64,000 nucleotides of DNA, taken from NCBI GenBank assembly GCA_965226495.1, contig OZ245365.1, forward strand, positions 704,001 through 768,000. Reading direction: 5' to 3'. The translations under genes were made by a program, and so were the position numbers. The DNA is from Candidatus Marinacidobacterales bacterium. Lineage in GTDB: Bacteria; Acidobacteriota; Vicinamibacteria; Marinacidobacterales; DATDRI01. Of this stretch, positions 30,891-41,532 are shown one piece after another (the first letter of the stretch is position 1; each line of letters begins with the position of its first letter). A model generated the notes under the pieces. It had not been told where the DNA came from and made no database searches. It was given only the letters and a program-made list of their open reading frames with translations.

Positions 30891-31706
30891 CTAGCCGGCG
30901 TAGGTCTCCTTCAGGTAGGTCAAGACGCGCCGCAGCTCGGCCGCAGTCTCCGCGTTCGGGTCGTGCCTCATCTCGACGGAGACGCATTCGGAGTACTCGA
31001 TTTGGCTCAGGAGAGATGCCAGGGTCTCATGATCGACGCCACCCTTGCCGAGCGCACCGAGGTTCGGTTCGCTGGCGTGGAAGTGACAAATCGATCCCGC
31101 GGCGCTCGTGAAGGCGGGCTCCAGCGACTCGCCACTAAGGGTCATGGCGGCGGCGTCGAGGTGGAGCCCGAAACCCGCACTATTTACCCTTCGCACCAGC
31201 TCTAGACCCTCCGCCGAAGTGGTTACGAAGTCGCAACCGTATTCCCGTGGGTTAGGCTCGATGCACAAGATCATGCCTTCCGCTCGCGCCGCGTCGCCCG
31301 CAGCCCCGAAGAAGGACACTGCGATGTCTTCCACCTCCTGCGGGGGGCGGCCGTTTACACGACGGTTCTTGGGAGAGCCGAAAACGAGGACTCGTGCTCC
31401 GAGCTTGCTTCCCAAACGCACGATACCCCGCAGGTAGTCGAGCGTCTCGGCGCGAGCCTCTGGGCTTCCGAAAACGGTGAGGTCGGGCCGCCCGAACAGT
31501 AGGGCTTGCAAAGCGACGATCTCGATCCCTCGCTGACTCCAAAACTCGCGATACCGCTCGAGATCGTCCGCGGTAGCGCGAAGGGGCTCGGCCCAAATCT
31601 TTGTGGGAGCGACTTCCACGCGGGTAAGGCTGGACTCGCGGACAATCTCTGCCGCCATCGGCTCGTCTTCGCTCGCCCAGGCGATGTTGGAAATGCAGAG
31701 GTTCAT
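30891..31706 (-). CDS. Sugar phosphate isomerase/epimerase (xylose isomerase-like TIM barrel)
   Basis: [46 protein letters not shown] and SVEM motifs. Confidence 0.85.
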   Translation of the reverse strand: MNLCISNIAWASEDEPMAAEIVRESSLTRVEVAPTKIWAEPLRATADDLERYREFWSQRGIEIVALQALLFGRPDLTVFGSPEARAETLDYLRGIVRLGSKLGARVLVFGSPKNRRVNGRPPQEVEDIAVSFFGAAGDAARAEGMILCIEPNPREYGCDFVTTSAEGLELVRRVNSAGFGLHLDAAAMTLSGESLEPAFTSAAGSICHFHASEPNLGALGKGGVDHETLASLLSQIEYSECVSVEMRHDPNAETAAELRRVLTYLKETYAG

Positions 31707-31713
31707 CTCGCGT

Positions 31714-32481
31714 TCATCTCGCGCCGGGCCCGCGGTTCGAAACGAACTCGCCAAGAGCCGCCAGGATCTCTTGTCGGTCGTACAAATACGGCCCCGATTT
31801 GCCGAACAGGTTGGCGTATTTGGTTTTCATGTCGTATCGCGCGGCATTCTCAACGTCGGGACTCTCGAGCTCGAAGCCGAATATTTCCTGGGCGATCTCT
31901 CCTACGCTAGTGGGCTCGGTCGCGAAGTTGATGAGGGGGAGTCGGTTCCTTCGCACCACGTCGATGTCTTGCCAAGCCCGGACGAGGGGATAGAACTGGA
32001 AGACGCTATCCGGGCAAATCTTGTCGACGCGATGGTTGTTCAGCAGATCGTAAATGACGTTCTTCCTGAGTCCTGGGCCAAAGAGTCCCGGTAGTCTTAT
32101 CACCGTGCTCTCGAACCGGTCACGGATGAACTCCTCCAACTCGAGGCGGTGCTTTCCATAAGAGGATCCCGCATCGTCTATTTTTGTATCTTCATCGACT
32201 TGGATGGGACGGGGGTAGACGTCGATGGTGGAGAGCAGGATGACGTGATCGGCAGCGGCCTTCTTGAGCGAGGCGGTCAATAGCTCGAGGCTCGCGCGAT
32301 CTACCGCCGGCTCCTGATTGGCCTTCCATTTTGCGCCCGGTGCCCCCGCGCAGACGATCAGGTTGTAGTGCTTGCCGCCTATGTCGCCGATGTTCGAAGA
32401 ATTGTAGACGTCGTCGAAGCGAGCCTGGCTAAGGAGATTCCCGCCGACGAAGCCCGTGTGCCCAATGAGGGCGTTATGCAT
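31714..32481 (-). CDS. NAD(P)-dependent epimerase/dehydratase-like SDR protein
   Basis: GHTGFVG Rossmann motif, STIDVY, YGKHR and IRLPGLFG. Confidence 0.82.
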   Translation of the reverse strand: MHNALIGHTGFVGGNLLSQARFDDVYNSSNIGDIGGKHYNLIVCAGAPGAKWKANQEPAVDRASLELLTASLKKAAADHVILLSTIDVYPRPIQVDEDTKIDDAGSSYGKHRLELEEFIRDRFESTVIRLPGLFGPGLRKNVIYDLLNNHRVDKICPDSVFQFYPLVRAWQDIDVVRRNRLPLINFATEPTSVGEIAQEIFGFELESPDVENAARYDMKTKYANLFGKSGPYLYDRQEILAALGEFVSNRGPGAR

Positions 32482-33334
32482 TAGGCCCCCCCTTGCTATG
32501 CGGCTCGATGGCTTTTCTTCCCTCTCCCAAGGGAGAGGGCGTCGGATCGTAGCGATGTCCGCAGGCGCGAAAGAGATCCCGTAGGACCGCCCAGTAGCCG
32601 CCCAACCCTCGGATCTTGGTTGGAGTCGGGCCTTTCTCGGGATAGGTCCGGGTAACGGGGATTTCCTTGACGCGGTAGCCCAATCGCGCTGCGCGGATGG
32701 CGAGGTAGTAGTGTAACTCGTAACCGGAAAAGACGTTTCTAAATACCGCCACCCGAGGGTCCTCGAGCAGTTGACGACTATAGCCCCGGAAGCCGTTGGT
32801 CGTGTCGGTGTACTTGAAACCCGCCGCGAACGAGATGAGAGGCGCGTGAATGACTCTAATCGCCACCAGGCGCATCAAAGGGGTACGGACCGCCTGGCCT
32901 CCTTCGATGAAGCGGGAACCTTGAAGGTAGTCGGACCCTTCCTTCAAAGCGTCGACGAATGATGGGAGGGCGCTTGGGTCGTCCTTGTTGTTCCCGTCCA
33001 TGGCTACCACGCCCTGGTACCCTTCGCGAAGTGCGTATCGAAAGGCCATCCGCATCTGCGCCCCGAGCCTTCCAGGGCCCGTCTTGACGAGGAGGGAACG
33101 CACGTTGCGAGACGCCAAATTCTCTCGCTCGACGGATCCATCGATGCTGCCTCCGTCCACGACGATGACGTCGATCTCGTCTGTAAGGGGGCGCATCTTG
33201 TCGAGTTGGGCGAGCAGTTTCTCTCCCTCGTTGATAACGAAGACTGCGACGCAAAACCGATGGCCCTTGGGGCGCAGCTCCTCGACTCGATGGTCCGGTA
33301 CCTCCCAGCCTTGCTCGTTGAGCTCTCCGGTCAC
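32474..33334 (-). CDS. GT2 glycosyltransferase (polyprenyl-phosphate sugar synthase-like)
   Basis: VINEG, VDGGSIDGS, MDGNNKDDP, QGSRFIEGG and DTTNGFRGYS motifs. Confidence 0.88.
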   Translation of the reverse strand: MTGELNEQGWEVPDHRVEELRPKGHRFCVAVFVINEGEKLLAQLDKMRPLTDEIDVIVVDGGSIDGSVERENLASRNVRSLLVKTGPGRLGAQMRMAFRYALREGYQGVVAMDGNNKDDPSALPSFVDALKEGSDYLQGSRFIEGGQAVRTPLMRLVAIRVIHAPLISFAAGFKYTDTTNGFRGYSRQLLEDPRVAVFRNVFSGYELHYYLAIRAARLGYRVKEIPVTRTYPEKGPTPTKIRGLGGYWAVLRDLFRACGHRYDPTPSPLGEGRKAIEPHSKGGPNA

Positions 33335-33335
33335 G

Positions 33336-34322
33336 TCAATTCTCGGTCGATTCGGTGACGATGTTCTTGGCGTGCTCGTCTAGCGGGAGCACCGAGCTGT
33401 TGTTCTCATCCATGACGTAGTAGAGAGGGCGTCCCTGGCTTTCGTCGACGATGCGTCCAACGTACTCACAAAGCACTGCCAATATCAGAAAAAGAAACAG
33501 GAACATCACCGCGCCCTGGAGGGAGGTTGCGATGCCGTACCCGTTCCCGTGGAGCAGATACGAAGCCGTTAGGTAGAGGATGTAGGCCGCGTTCAGGGCC
33601 GCGATCGCGAGTCCTGCCCAGCTCGCCACGCGGAGCGGCTTTCGGGTGTTGGCAACGATGATGTTGATCGCGAGCCCGATCGCCTCCCCGAGGCTCTTTG
33701 TCCTTGGGGGCGAGCGTCTCTCGATGAGCTCGTATTCGAAGCTTCGGTTCTCGAAACCAACCTGCTGGCTGAGGGTGCGGAGGTACCTGCCGCGGTCTCT
33801 TATTTGGATGAGTGCGTTCACGACCCGGCGGCTCAATACCCGAAAGTGAGTGGAATTCTTTTGAAGGTTGAGCCGCAGAACGGCGTTGCAAAACCCGTAG
33901 AAGAGGGAAGCTCCTGCTTTCAAGAACCATGGATCGGTGGCCCGTGACTTCCGGATACCGAAGACCATCTCCGCTCCACTCCGTGCTTGGTTGACCATTT
34001 CGGATACCAGGCTCGGCGGGTCGGTGTCGGGAAGCATCACCACAACGAAGTCGCCGATCACGGAATCGAGGCCGGCGGATATCGCGATCTCCTGGCCGAA
34101 TCGTCGTGACAATCGGATGAGGCGGATCCGTGGATGTTTTGAGAGCAGGGCATTGACTTTGGCCACCGTCTCGTCGGTCGATCCATCATCGACGAGCACC
34201 ATCTCGTAAACGGCAAAATTGCTTTTGAGAGCATCCGCCAACTCGCCAACGAAGGAGTCGATGATATCGGAATCGTTGTGTAGGGGAACGATTGCCGAGA
34301 TGACACAGTCCGGATCGGTCAT
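33336..34322 (-). CDS. ArnC/GtrB-like GT2 with C-terminal TM pair; DxD motif degenerate
   Basis: VDDGSTD and RLSRRFGQEIAISAGL present. MLPDTDPP stands where MDADLQDPP is expected. Two TM helices, then EYVGRI...RPLY. Confidence 0.85.
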   Translation of the reverse strand: MTDPDCVISAIVPLHNDSDIIDSFVGELADALKSNFAVYEMVLVDDGSTDETVAKVNALLSKHPRIRLIRLSRRFGQEIAISAGLDSVIGDFVVVMLPDTDPPSLVSEMVNQARSGAEMVFGIRKSRATDPWFLKAGASLFYGFCNAVLRLNLQKNSTHFRVLSRRVVNALIQIRDRGRYLRTLSQQVGFENRSFEYELIERRSPPRTKSLGEAIGLAINIIVANTRKPLRVASWAGLAIAALNAAYILYLTASYLLHGNGYGIATSLQGAVMFLFLFLILAVLCEYVGRIVDESQGRPLYYVMDENNSSVLPLDEHAKNIVTESTEN

Positions 34323-34332
34323 CGGTTATCGG

Positions 34333-35469
34333 TTATCCTCCCCCCGCCGCGATCGTGTCGTTGGTGAAGTCGATCATATCGTACACGTTGTCGATCTTGG
34401 AGCCCATGATGCAGGTCAAGCCCTTCAACCCGTAGTTTTCCTTGAACAGAATCGGCCGGCTGTCGTCGACCTCGCTGCGCGGCAAGACCGCCTTGAGCTC
34501 CCAAATCGAATCGACGTAGCGAGATTCCTTGAGGAGCGGCAGGTATCGGCTCGCGTCCTTTACCATCTCGACGAAATGGGTTTCTTTCTGCATTCGGTCG
34601 AATAGTTCGTAAGGATCTCTATCGAACTTCTCGGGACCGTCGTGCCACTCGCAATGTGGCGTATACCGAACGTGGCTGAACGAATGCAATCCGCGAGGAG
34701 GAAACGGGATGACCGAAAAGAAAGGCCCGCACATGACGGTGACTCCCGTTTTGCGCAACGGCTCGGGAACCTCGACCAAGGCTAACTCTGCCAGCTCGTA
34801 TTTGAGCGCAAGAGGAGGCAGGTCGGACGCGGCAAGGAGCCGGTTCATTCGGGAATAGGTGCAGTTGAAGACCCGCCCAGACGTCGTCTTCGAGAGCGTC
34901 CCGCCCGAGGATAGGCTGACCGCCAGCCAACCGCTCGGAAGTCGCTCAACCCGCTCGGCCGCGGTTCCTAGTCGGACCTCCACGCCACTCGCGTCCAGCT
35001 TGTCGGTCAAACGCTTCCTCAGCTTCACCGCGTCGAAAGCAACTTCGCAGACTTCGAAAACGTCCTCGATTAGATTGGAGTTGAACAATCTCCGGATTTC
35101 GACCGGGGCGGTATCGATCGGCGCCCCGATACGTTGGCAGAAGAGTTTGAACTGCGTCGCGGTGACTTTCGAGAACAACCGCCCGATGGCGTAGTAGCTG
35201 GTGAAACGATCATCGATACAATCTCGATAGTCTCCGAGGAATCGCTCGAAGTTCACGCGAGAGCGGTAGCCGGTCAATAGGCTCCGCGGATAGTGGTACC
35301 CGTGGTGCACGCGCGCCTGATTGACATAAGACGCCCGGGCGAGGAGCTTGGTGCTCGCTTCTACGAGCAGCGTTCGCTGTCCGAGGGCATGTCGAAGGTG
35401 TTGGGCCAAGACGCAGCCGTAGAAGCCGCCCCCCACGACAATAGTGTCATAGTCAGGCTTGGAGTTCAC
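34333..35469 (-). CDS. FAD-dependent oxidoreductase (DAO/LhgO-like)
   Basis: VVGGGFYG, RASYVNQARVHHGYHYPRS, VFNCTY, TVMCGPFFS and GSKIDN motifs. Confidence 0.87.
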   Translation of the reverse strand: MNSKPDYDTIVVGGGFYGCVLAQHLRHALGQRTLLVEASTKLLARASYVNQARVHHGYHYPRSLLTGYRSRVNFERFLGDYRDCIDDRFTSYYAIGRLFSKVTATQFKLFCQRIGAPIDTAPVEIRRLFNSNLIEDVFEVCEVAFDAVKLRKRLTDKLDASGVEVRLGTAAERVERLPSGWLAVSLSSGGTLSKTTSGRVFNCTYSRMNRLLAASDLPPLALKYELAELALVEVPEPLRKTGVTVMCGPFFSVIPFPPRGLHSFSHVRYTPHCEWHDGPEKFDRDPYELFDRMQKETHFVEMVKDASRYLPLLKESRYVDSIWELKAVLPRSEVDDSRPILFKENYGLKGLTCIMGSKIDNVYDMIDFTNDTIAAGGG

Positions 35470-35572
35470 GGTGAGGGCTCCCGTCCACTCTGGATGTGTG
35501 CGGTTGTCGTTACGAAATGCACACGAGGAGGCGCCGCTCCACCCGAAATCTTCGTTTCACCGCAAACAATTG

Positions 35573-35581
35573 TGCTATACT
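35573..35581 (+). promoter_or_regulatory. Putative extended -10 (TG-C-TATACT)
   Basis: Lies in the divergent intergenic gap about 20 nt before TTG 35602. Confidence 0.45.
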
Positions 35582-35601
35582 TCGCGCTCGGCAACAAGCC
35601 A

Positions 35602-37812
35602 TTGCTGATCCCTTCTCATCGCACGGTCCTCTACGCGTTTTGGGTGTGCGTCTGCATTTTCCTGCTTTTCTTTCCGCTCTCTTCTAATCCGACGACTTTT
35701 CTGCCCGACGACGGGGACGCGCTGCAGGGGCTTTATGTGCAATCGTGGGTGGCTCACCAGTTTCCGAAGGCGCCGTTAGAAATCTTCGATAGCAACTTCT
35801 ACTACCCCCATCCCACCGGCCTAGTCTACTCGGAGCATCTGATCCCTCAGGGGCTGGTAGTCGCGCTTCTGATGAAACTGGGGGCCAATCTCATATTAGC
35901 GAACAACCTGGTGCTGGCGCTCACGCTGCTCATGATCGCGCTTTTCGTCAGGTTGTGGGCCCGTGAGCTCGGAGTTGGCGAAACGGGAGCCGCGGTGGCG
36001 GGGGTCGTTTGTGCGCTCAGTACGTTCACGCTTCTTCAAGCGTCTCGCGTCCAGATCTTGTCGATGCAGTGGATCCCCCTATGCCTTTTTTTCCTTCACC
36101 GGTTTTTCAGGAGAGGTCGTTGGTTGGATGCCGCAGCTTTCGCCGCTTGTTTCGTCTTGCTGGGGCTTTCGTGTCAGTACTACCTCATTTCGTTTCCCCT
36201 CTTCTTAGTTCCGGTGGTTGCCGGGTACGTCTATTTGTTTCCAGACCGGCGAAATCTTCGGGACGCATTCCGGCTCGGGGTGCCATTGTTCTTCGGCTGC
36301 CTACTTTTGGTTCCTGTAGAGCTCCCATACCTGAAGATATTTCACCACTACGGGTTCGAGCGCGCCCTGTCCGAAGGCCCGGACCTTGCTTACCATCTCT
36401 TGCCTCCGCCCGATAATTTCCTGTACGGCTGGCTCACCAAGGGGATGTTTAAGGATTTGCCGGGCAATCACCATTTCATCGGATACTTGACGATGGTACT
36501 GGCTGTGCTCGGCGCCGCATTCCTCCTAAGAAGGAGAAACGACGCTGGACCTCGCAGTTATCGGTGGTTGATTGCTTGGATCGCGTCTTGGGGAGTCTTC
36601 TTCCTCATTCTTTCCGCTGGAGCCGAGGTGAAGTTCATGGGACGGGGTCTCGGCCCGGGTCCATTCGGCCTACTCTTCGACTACGTTCCGTTTTTCCAAT
36701 ACACGCGAGTTCCGGAGCGGCTATCCGTCTATTTCACGTTCGGCCTCGCATTGCTCGCCGGTGCAGGAGCTTCGGTGCTTTCGAAACGACTGGTCCGCTG
36801 GCCCCGGGCAAAGACCGTTCTGCCGTTGATACTCCTGGCTTTGATTCCGTTGGAGCATGCACGCCGTAACGTGTATGCGCGGATCCCCACCGAAGACGAA
36901 ATCCCTGCCGTCTACCATTGGCTGGCCGAGCTCCCGGAAGATTTTCCGGTGGTCGAGTTCCCGGTGTACGACCGAAGGTTCTTACGTTTCTACGGCTACG
37001 AGACCTATTTCTCCACGGTTCACTGGAAACGCGTTCCGTTCGGGAAACCGAGTTTCAAACCGCCCGCCATGGAGTACATGCTTTGGACCTGGCGCGATTT
37101 TCCTTCGAGCGAAGGCACACGTCTTCTGCAGTCGTTGGGGGTTCGCTACATCATTTATCATCCCCGTCGCGATCCCAACGCCGCCAGAGTTAATCGGCGA
37201 CTCCGGCAGGATCCGAACTTCGAATTCGTTCGCCAATTTCCTCGAGCGATGCGAATCGCCAGGCGGCTACGTTATGGCGAAGAGATGGTGTTCCGCGTGC
37301 TCCCCGCTTCCGAGCCCCTTTCACCACCCCCACAAGTCGAAGAGCGGCTTCGGGCGATACCGCGAGACGCGTGGGAGTTCAAGACGTCCTCACAATCGGA
37401 TGCACGCCTAGCCGTGGACGGCAGTCTGGAAACGAGTTGGAGCAGCGGCAAGGGGCAGGAAAAAGGGCAATTCTTCGAGATCGATCTCGAGGGAGAGTAT
37501 CGAGTGTCCAAGATCTCGCTAGGATTCAGTTTTCCTTACGGGCATTTTCCGCGCTCGCTCGCGGTCAATGGCTTTCATCCGTCACATCGATGGAGGCGTC
37601 TCGAGCTCGAGGAAGATCCATGGCAGAGCGCACGTTTAGTGCGACGTCTGGTTGAGAACCCCAAAGAGGCGACGATGGATGTCGTACTGCGAGAGCCCCA
37701 ACTATTGGAGAGATTACGGCTCTTCATACGCGAGGCAGATCCGAGCGACGTCGGACCTGTTTGGCGCATCCCGGAGGTCCAAGTCTTCGAGGCTCTGCCG
37801 CATCATCGATGA
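35602..37812 (+). CDS. GT-C-like membrane protein with C-terminal discoidin (F5/8 type C, CBM32-like) domain
   Basis: Paralog of 4982..6724 (FDSNFYYP...YSEH, RVPER, YFSTVHWKR). C-terminal AVDGSLETSWSSGKGQ..GQFFEIDL...W.IPEVQVF. Start uncertain (TTG 35602). Confidence 0.78.
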   Translation: MLIPSHRTVLYAFWVCVCIFLLFFPLSSNPTTFLPDDGDALQGLYVQSWVAHQFPKAPLEIFDSNFYYPHPTGLVYSEHLIPQGLVVALLMKLGANLILANNLVLALTLLMIALFVRLWARELGVGETGAAVAGVVCALSTFTLLQASRVQILSMQWIPLCLFFLHRFFRRGRWLDAAAFAACFVLLGLSCQYYLISFPLFLVPVVAGYVYLFPDRRNLRDAFRLGVPLFFGCLLLVPVELPYLKIFHHYGFERALSEGPDLAYHLLPPPDNFLYGWLTKGMFKDLPGNHHFIGYLTMVLAVLGAAFLLRRRNDAGPRSYRWLIAWIASWGVFFLILSAGAEVKFMGRGLGPGPFGLLFDYVPFFQYTRVPERLSVYFTFGLALLAGAGASVLSKRLVRWPRAKTVLPLILLALIPLEHARRNVYARIPTEDEIPAVYHWLAELPEDFPVVEFPVYDRRFLRFYGYETYFSTVHWKRVPFGKPSFKPPAMEYMLWTWRDFPSSEGTRLLQSLGVRYIIYHPRRDPNAARVNRRLRQDPNFEFVRQFPRAMRIARRLRYGEEMVFRVLPASEPLSPPPQVEERLRAIPRDAWEFKTSSQSDARLAVDGSLETSWSSGKGQEKGQFFEIDLEGEYRVSKISLGFSFPYGHFPRSLAVNGFHPSHRWRRLELEEDPWQSARLVRRLVENPKEATMDVVLREPQLLERLRLFIREADPSDVGPVWRIPEVQVFEALPHHR

Positions 37813-38014
37813 GCCATTTGTCCACTGGTGGGGGATCCTCCTAGACTCGGCTTTCCCTGCGTTATACTCGCCATCGATTTGATGCTGGCTTCCTTCTCCC
37901 CGTAGCGAGACTACGGCCGTCAAAATACGCGATGCCAAAGATAAACGTGGCCAGACGACGGGTGAGGGGCTCATGTTGAGAGAGCTGGTGACACTCTGGC
38001 CGGGCGGTCCGGCC

Positions 38015-39661
38015 ATGACCTTTGCCAGCTACTTCGTTACCTTCAAGTATGTTTTCACCGTCGCTTTCCTTTGCTGGGCGATCGGCATTCTCCGATGGCC
38101 GAATCGATGGTGGCTGTTCGGCGGTTCGCTCTTGCTCGCTGCGTTGGCGTGGACTGTCTTAGAGCTCCCTCTGGGACGCCCTTACGGCGTCGTCGAAGGT
38201 GAGCAAGGGCTTTCCGCCCTAGCGCAGCCGATGGTGGCGGCCGCTCGAGGGACGGCCGCAGATGGATGGATGGTCCATCAGCCGAACCCGCAACCACTTT
38301 GGAGCCTCGTTCTGGCCTTTGCGTCGGGCTTCGATCCCGGGCGGCTCTTTTCTTTTTACGACTTCATTCCATTGGTGGGGATGATCTTCCTCGCCTCGGC
38401 CGTTTTCTGGTTCATGGGTGCGTTTGACGACGAGGAATCGACTGGGCTTGCGAGAGGGCTCGCAGTATTCTTCGTTCTATTCCTCAGCTCGACACGGTTG
38501 AGCTTTCTTGAAACTCCCGGGCCATTTTGGCTCGACGTCTTTGGCCAGCGGCCGCACTTGGCCTTCGCTCTGGGGCTGCTCGTCATATGGCTCAAGCTGC
38601 TCGGGGGAGCTCGTCGGCTTCCGTCCTTTCTGGGAGCAGGCGCTCTGCTTGGACTCATCGCGTGGATGGAGCCCCGCGTCGCGGCACCAGCCGTTCTCGG
38701 CGCTATCGCGTGGGTGGTGGTGAGCCGCGGGATTTCGACCGCAGGCTGGAAGACCGGAGTGACTCTGACGGTTGGAGCCCTCTTGTTTCTTCCGTGGTCC
38801 AAAGTTCTCGAGCCAGCCGGGGCTCCCCTCGAGACGGGCGCCTTGTACTTCGCGTTCGACCACTTTCTTGGTCTTACAATGGACAAAGGGCTGGTTTTTT
38901 ATCTCGCGGTGTTCGCCCTAGTCCGTATGGTCCGTGGCGGCAGGGCTACGGAAGTCCTTTTCGTGAGTCAGGTTGGAACGGTGTTGGTTCTGGCAACGGT
39001 ATCGTTTCTGACCCCGAGCGTCGCTTCATGGACCGACATCCGGATTGTCGGTGCTACGTTGAATCTCTTGCTCGCGATGGCAGCGGGGCGAGGTGCTTGC
39101 TGTCTCGTGGAATGGCTGGAGCAAAGCCTCGGGGGCGGTCCGATCGGCACGAGGTATTTCAAAAACGTTTCGCTTCACGCCTTGGGAATGACTGCGGTGG
39201 TGGTTTTCTCGCTGCCGTGGGCTTTCCCATACTGGTGGCATCCGGTACTGATGGATCCAGTCTATGTTCGGAGTGTTGAGCCGGTCGCTCCGCAGTTCGG
39301 CCCCCTGGTCTCTTGGATCGGAACGGAAACCGAGCCCGATGCCGTTTTCGTTGCCGGACCTAGCTACTCATCTTGGATACCGGCGCTGAGCGGAAGGCGA
39401 GTCTTAATCGTCGAACGGGCCGTTGTCCCTCCGTCGGATCTGGACGAGCGGCGGCAAGCCGAGTCCTGGTTCGCCGAATCAGAGGATCCGGCCAGAATTC
39501 GCGGCGCCGCGTCTCGGTGGAGCCTGACGCACCTGGCAGGGGGCCGCCTCGACAAAGACGCGCAGCTACAAGTGGACCACACGTTCTTCGAAGAAAGTCG
39601 GGACTTCTCGCTGGTTTGGCAGCAAGGGCGTTGGATTCGGGTCTTCAAATACCAGCGCTAG
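38015..39661 (+). CDS. Polytopic membrane protein, probable GT-C-like glycosyltransferase
   Basis: More than 10 hydrophobic segments followed by a soluble C-terminal domain (WI...T.PDAVF, WIPALSGRRVL) like those on other GT-C proteins. Assignment relies partly on context. Confidence 0.55.
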   Translation: MTFASYFVTFKYVFTVAFLCWAIGILRWPNRWWLFGGSLLLAALAWTVLELPLGRPYGVVEGEQGLSALAQPMVAAARGTAADGWMVHQPNPQPLWSLVLAFASGFDPGRLFSFYDFIPLVGMIFLASAVFWFMGAFDDEESTGLARGLAVFFVLFLSSTRLSFLETPGPFWLDVFGQRPHLAFALGLLVIWLKLLGGARRLPSFLGAGALLGLIAWMEPRVAAPAVLGAIAWVVVSRGISTAGWKTGVTLTVGALLFLPWSKVLEPAGAPLETGALYFAFDHFLGLTMDKGLVFYLAVFALVRMVRGGRATEVLFVSQVGTVLVLATVSFLTPSVASWTDIRIVGATLNLLLAMAAGRGACCLVEWLEQSLGGGPIGTRYFKNVSLHALGMTAVVVFSLPWAFPYWWHPVLMDPVYVRSVEPVAPQFGPLVSWIGTETEPDAVFVAGPSYSSWIPALSGRRVLIVERAVVPPSDLDERRQAESWFAESEDPARIRGAASRWSLTHLAGGRLDKDAQLQVDHTFFEESRDFSLVWQQGRWIRVFKYQR

Positions 39662-41532
39662 CGCGAGAGGCCGGCCAGGGAACAAAAAGTCTGCAGGTCG
39701 GCGCGGTACCTCACCGCCCAGACAATTATCAACCCGGCGACAATCATCACCGCGGCGATCTTGCCGGCTCGATTTCGTTTTGCGAGCTCGAGGATGCTGG
39801 CGCTCGCGGAGATCGCAATCAGGGGACCCACAAAGAGTATCTCCTTTAAGTCTTTGAACAGGCCGCCCGATAGACCCCTCAAGCCCAGGAGGAAGACAAA
39901 GGTCAAGAAGTAGGCGAGCATGGGACGGAAGACGCTAGGTTCGCGCCGACGATACACGAGGATCATTCCTACCACGGCAAGAGCCCAGTATCCGACGTCG
40001 TAGAAGATGAGTGGCCGGCGTAAGGCTGCCGCAAAGCCAGCGCTTGCCCCGCCCTCCAGGGTTGGCAGACCGGAGTTTCCGAGGGTGGGCACTATCTCGG
40101 TCAGAAACGTCCATGTGAAAGACGAGTAAAGCACTGCGATGGCAATGATGGCGGCAACTGCGCCGACGAGGAGCGGCCCCAGCCGTCGCTGTAGCGCCGC
40201 GAAAAGAGAAGTGAACGGGGCCAAGGTAAATAGGCTCGAGACATAGGTGAGGAAAGAAGCGAGAGAGAGCCCGCCAAACACGAGGAGTCCACGAAGGCTG
40301 GAGGGCGATCGGGCGAGCAGCGCCGCCGATGTGATCGTCAGCACGTCGAGAAGGTGACCCCATGTGGTCGGCCACATCGCAAGGAAGAGGCGGTTGTACA
40401 TGACGGGAAGAAAAGCCGCTAGAAGCGCAGCCAGTATCCCATTGCCAGATCCCAGCCAGATCGTAGCCAGCCAGTAAACGACGATGGTCTGCGCCGCCGC
40501 CGCGGCGAGAGCCGCGTATTTGAGCGCCTCGTCGACCTGCGCACGATCGCGCAGTCCGGTGAAGGGTAGATAGAAAAGCGGCGAGTAGGGAAAGGCGTAG
40601 CGTTTGCCTCCCACGTTGCGAGGGTAGGCGATGTTGCTCTTTTCTTGAGCCGCCACTCCCCGTGCCTCGAGGCTAACTCCTTCAGACGGGAATGCTAGGA
40701 CATATCGTCCGTGCGTCAGCACGTCGGGGGAGAAGAAGCTGGGGTAAAAAATGGCTGCGCCTTTCAGTAGATAGCCCACCATGAATAACAACGGAAGCCA
40801 ACGTCGGTCCTCGGCTTCGGAGATGAAGCGGCTGAGGACGATGGTGACTCCGCCGAGCAACACCGCGCGCGAGGCGATCTTGTCACTCACGTGCGCCACC
40901 CCAAAGGGATCCACCGCGAACCAGGTAGCCTGAATGGCGGACAGAATGAAGGCGGCGGTGAAAGCATGCGACAAGCGAAGGCCGGAAAGAAGGCAAACTA
41001 GGAAGAGACCTGCGACCAGCAGGCGCGGTGGCCAGAAGTCGAGCGGTAGTCTAGCTCTCGTTCCTTCGAAGCGGATCCAGTCGACGGCGATTCCAAGCCT
41101 TTCGGGCGCGGGATCTTCGGTCAGTAGCTCTACCCGTACAGGATTTCCGTTGAAGCGAACCGGAAGCCTCTGGATACGAAATCTCCCCGGGCGCGCTTCG
41201 AACGAACCGGCCGGTTGACCATCCACGAAGAGACGTACTCGCGCCATTCCATCGAGAAAACGCCCGTAGCGGAGGACTACGGCACCTTCGCCCTGCGAGC
41301 TCAGGAGGAAAGTGGACACAGAGGCCGTCTCGTGCGTCCACCGAAAGCTGACGCCAGGGCGTTCCTCACTCTCAGCGAATCCCGAAAGGTAGTCTTCGGT
41401 GGAGGGGCCGATGTCGACGTCCACCGGACCCCCAGCACGACTCGCCAGCAAGAGCAGCGTTTCGCTGAAAACGAGCAGTGCGATGCAGGCGACTCCGAGC
41501 CGCGACCAATGTCTAAGGGGTCGTCTGCTCAT
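39658..41532 (-). CDS. GT-C-like membrane protein with N-terminal beta-rich domain
   Basis: Start ATG 41532. GFAESEE...FRWT domain, SPDVLTH and FPYSPLFY motifs, many TMs. Confidence 0.65.
   Translation of the reverse strand: MSRRPLRHWSRLGVACIALLVFSETLLLLASRAGGPVDVDIGPSTEDYLSGFAESEERPGVSFRWTHETASVSTFLLSSQGEGAVVLRYGRFLDGMARVRLFVDGQPAGSFEARPGRFRIQRLPVRFNGNPVRVELLTEDPAPERLGIAVDWIRFEGTRARLPLDFWPPRLLVAGLFLVCLLSGLRLSHAFTAAFILSAIQATWFAVDPFGVAHVSDKIASRAVLLGGVTIVLSRFISEAEDRRWLPLLFMVGYLLKGAAIFYPSFFSPDVLTHGRYVLAFPSEGVSLEARGVAAQEKSNIAYPRNVGGKRYAFPYSPLFYLPFTGLRDRAQVDEALKYAALAAAAAQTIVVYWLATIWLGSGNGILAALLAAFLPVMYNRLFLAMWPTTWGHLLDVLTITSAALLARSPSSLRGLLVFGGLSLASFLTYVSSLFTLAPFTSLFAALQRRLGPLLVGAVAAIIAIAVLYSSFTWTFLTEIVPTLGNSGLPTLEGGASAGFAAALRRPLIFYDVGYWALAVVGMILVYRRREPSVFRPMLAYFLTFVFLLGLRGLSGGLFKDLKEILFVGPLIAISASASILELAKRNRAGKIAAVMIVAGLIIVWAVRYRADLQTFCSLAGLSR

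Noticed and set aside
30863-31205. C-terminal part of the 385-aa ORF 30048..31205 as real protein
   Set aside because: It is out-of-frame read-through after the deletion junction and lies antisense to the isomerase gene.
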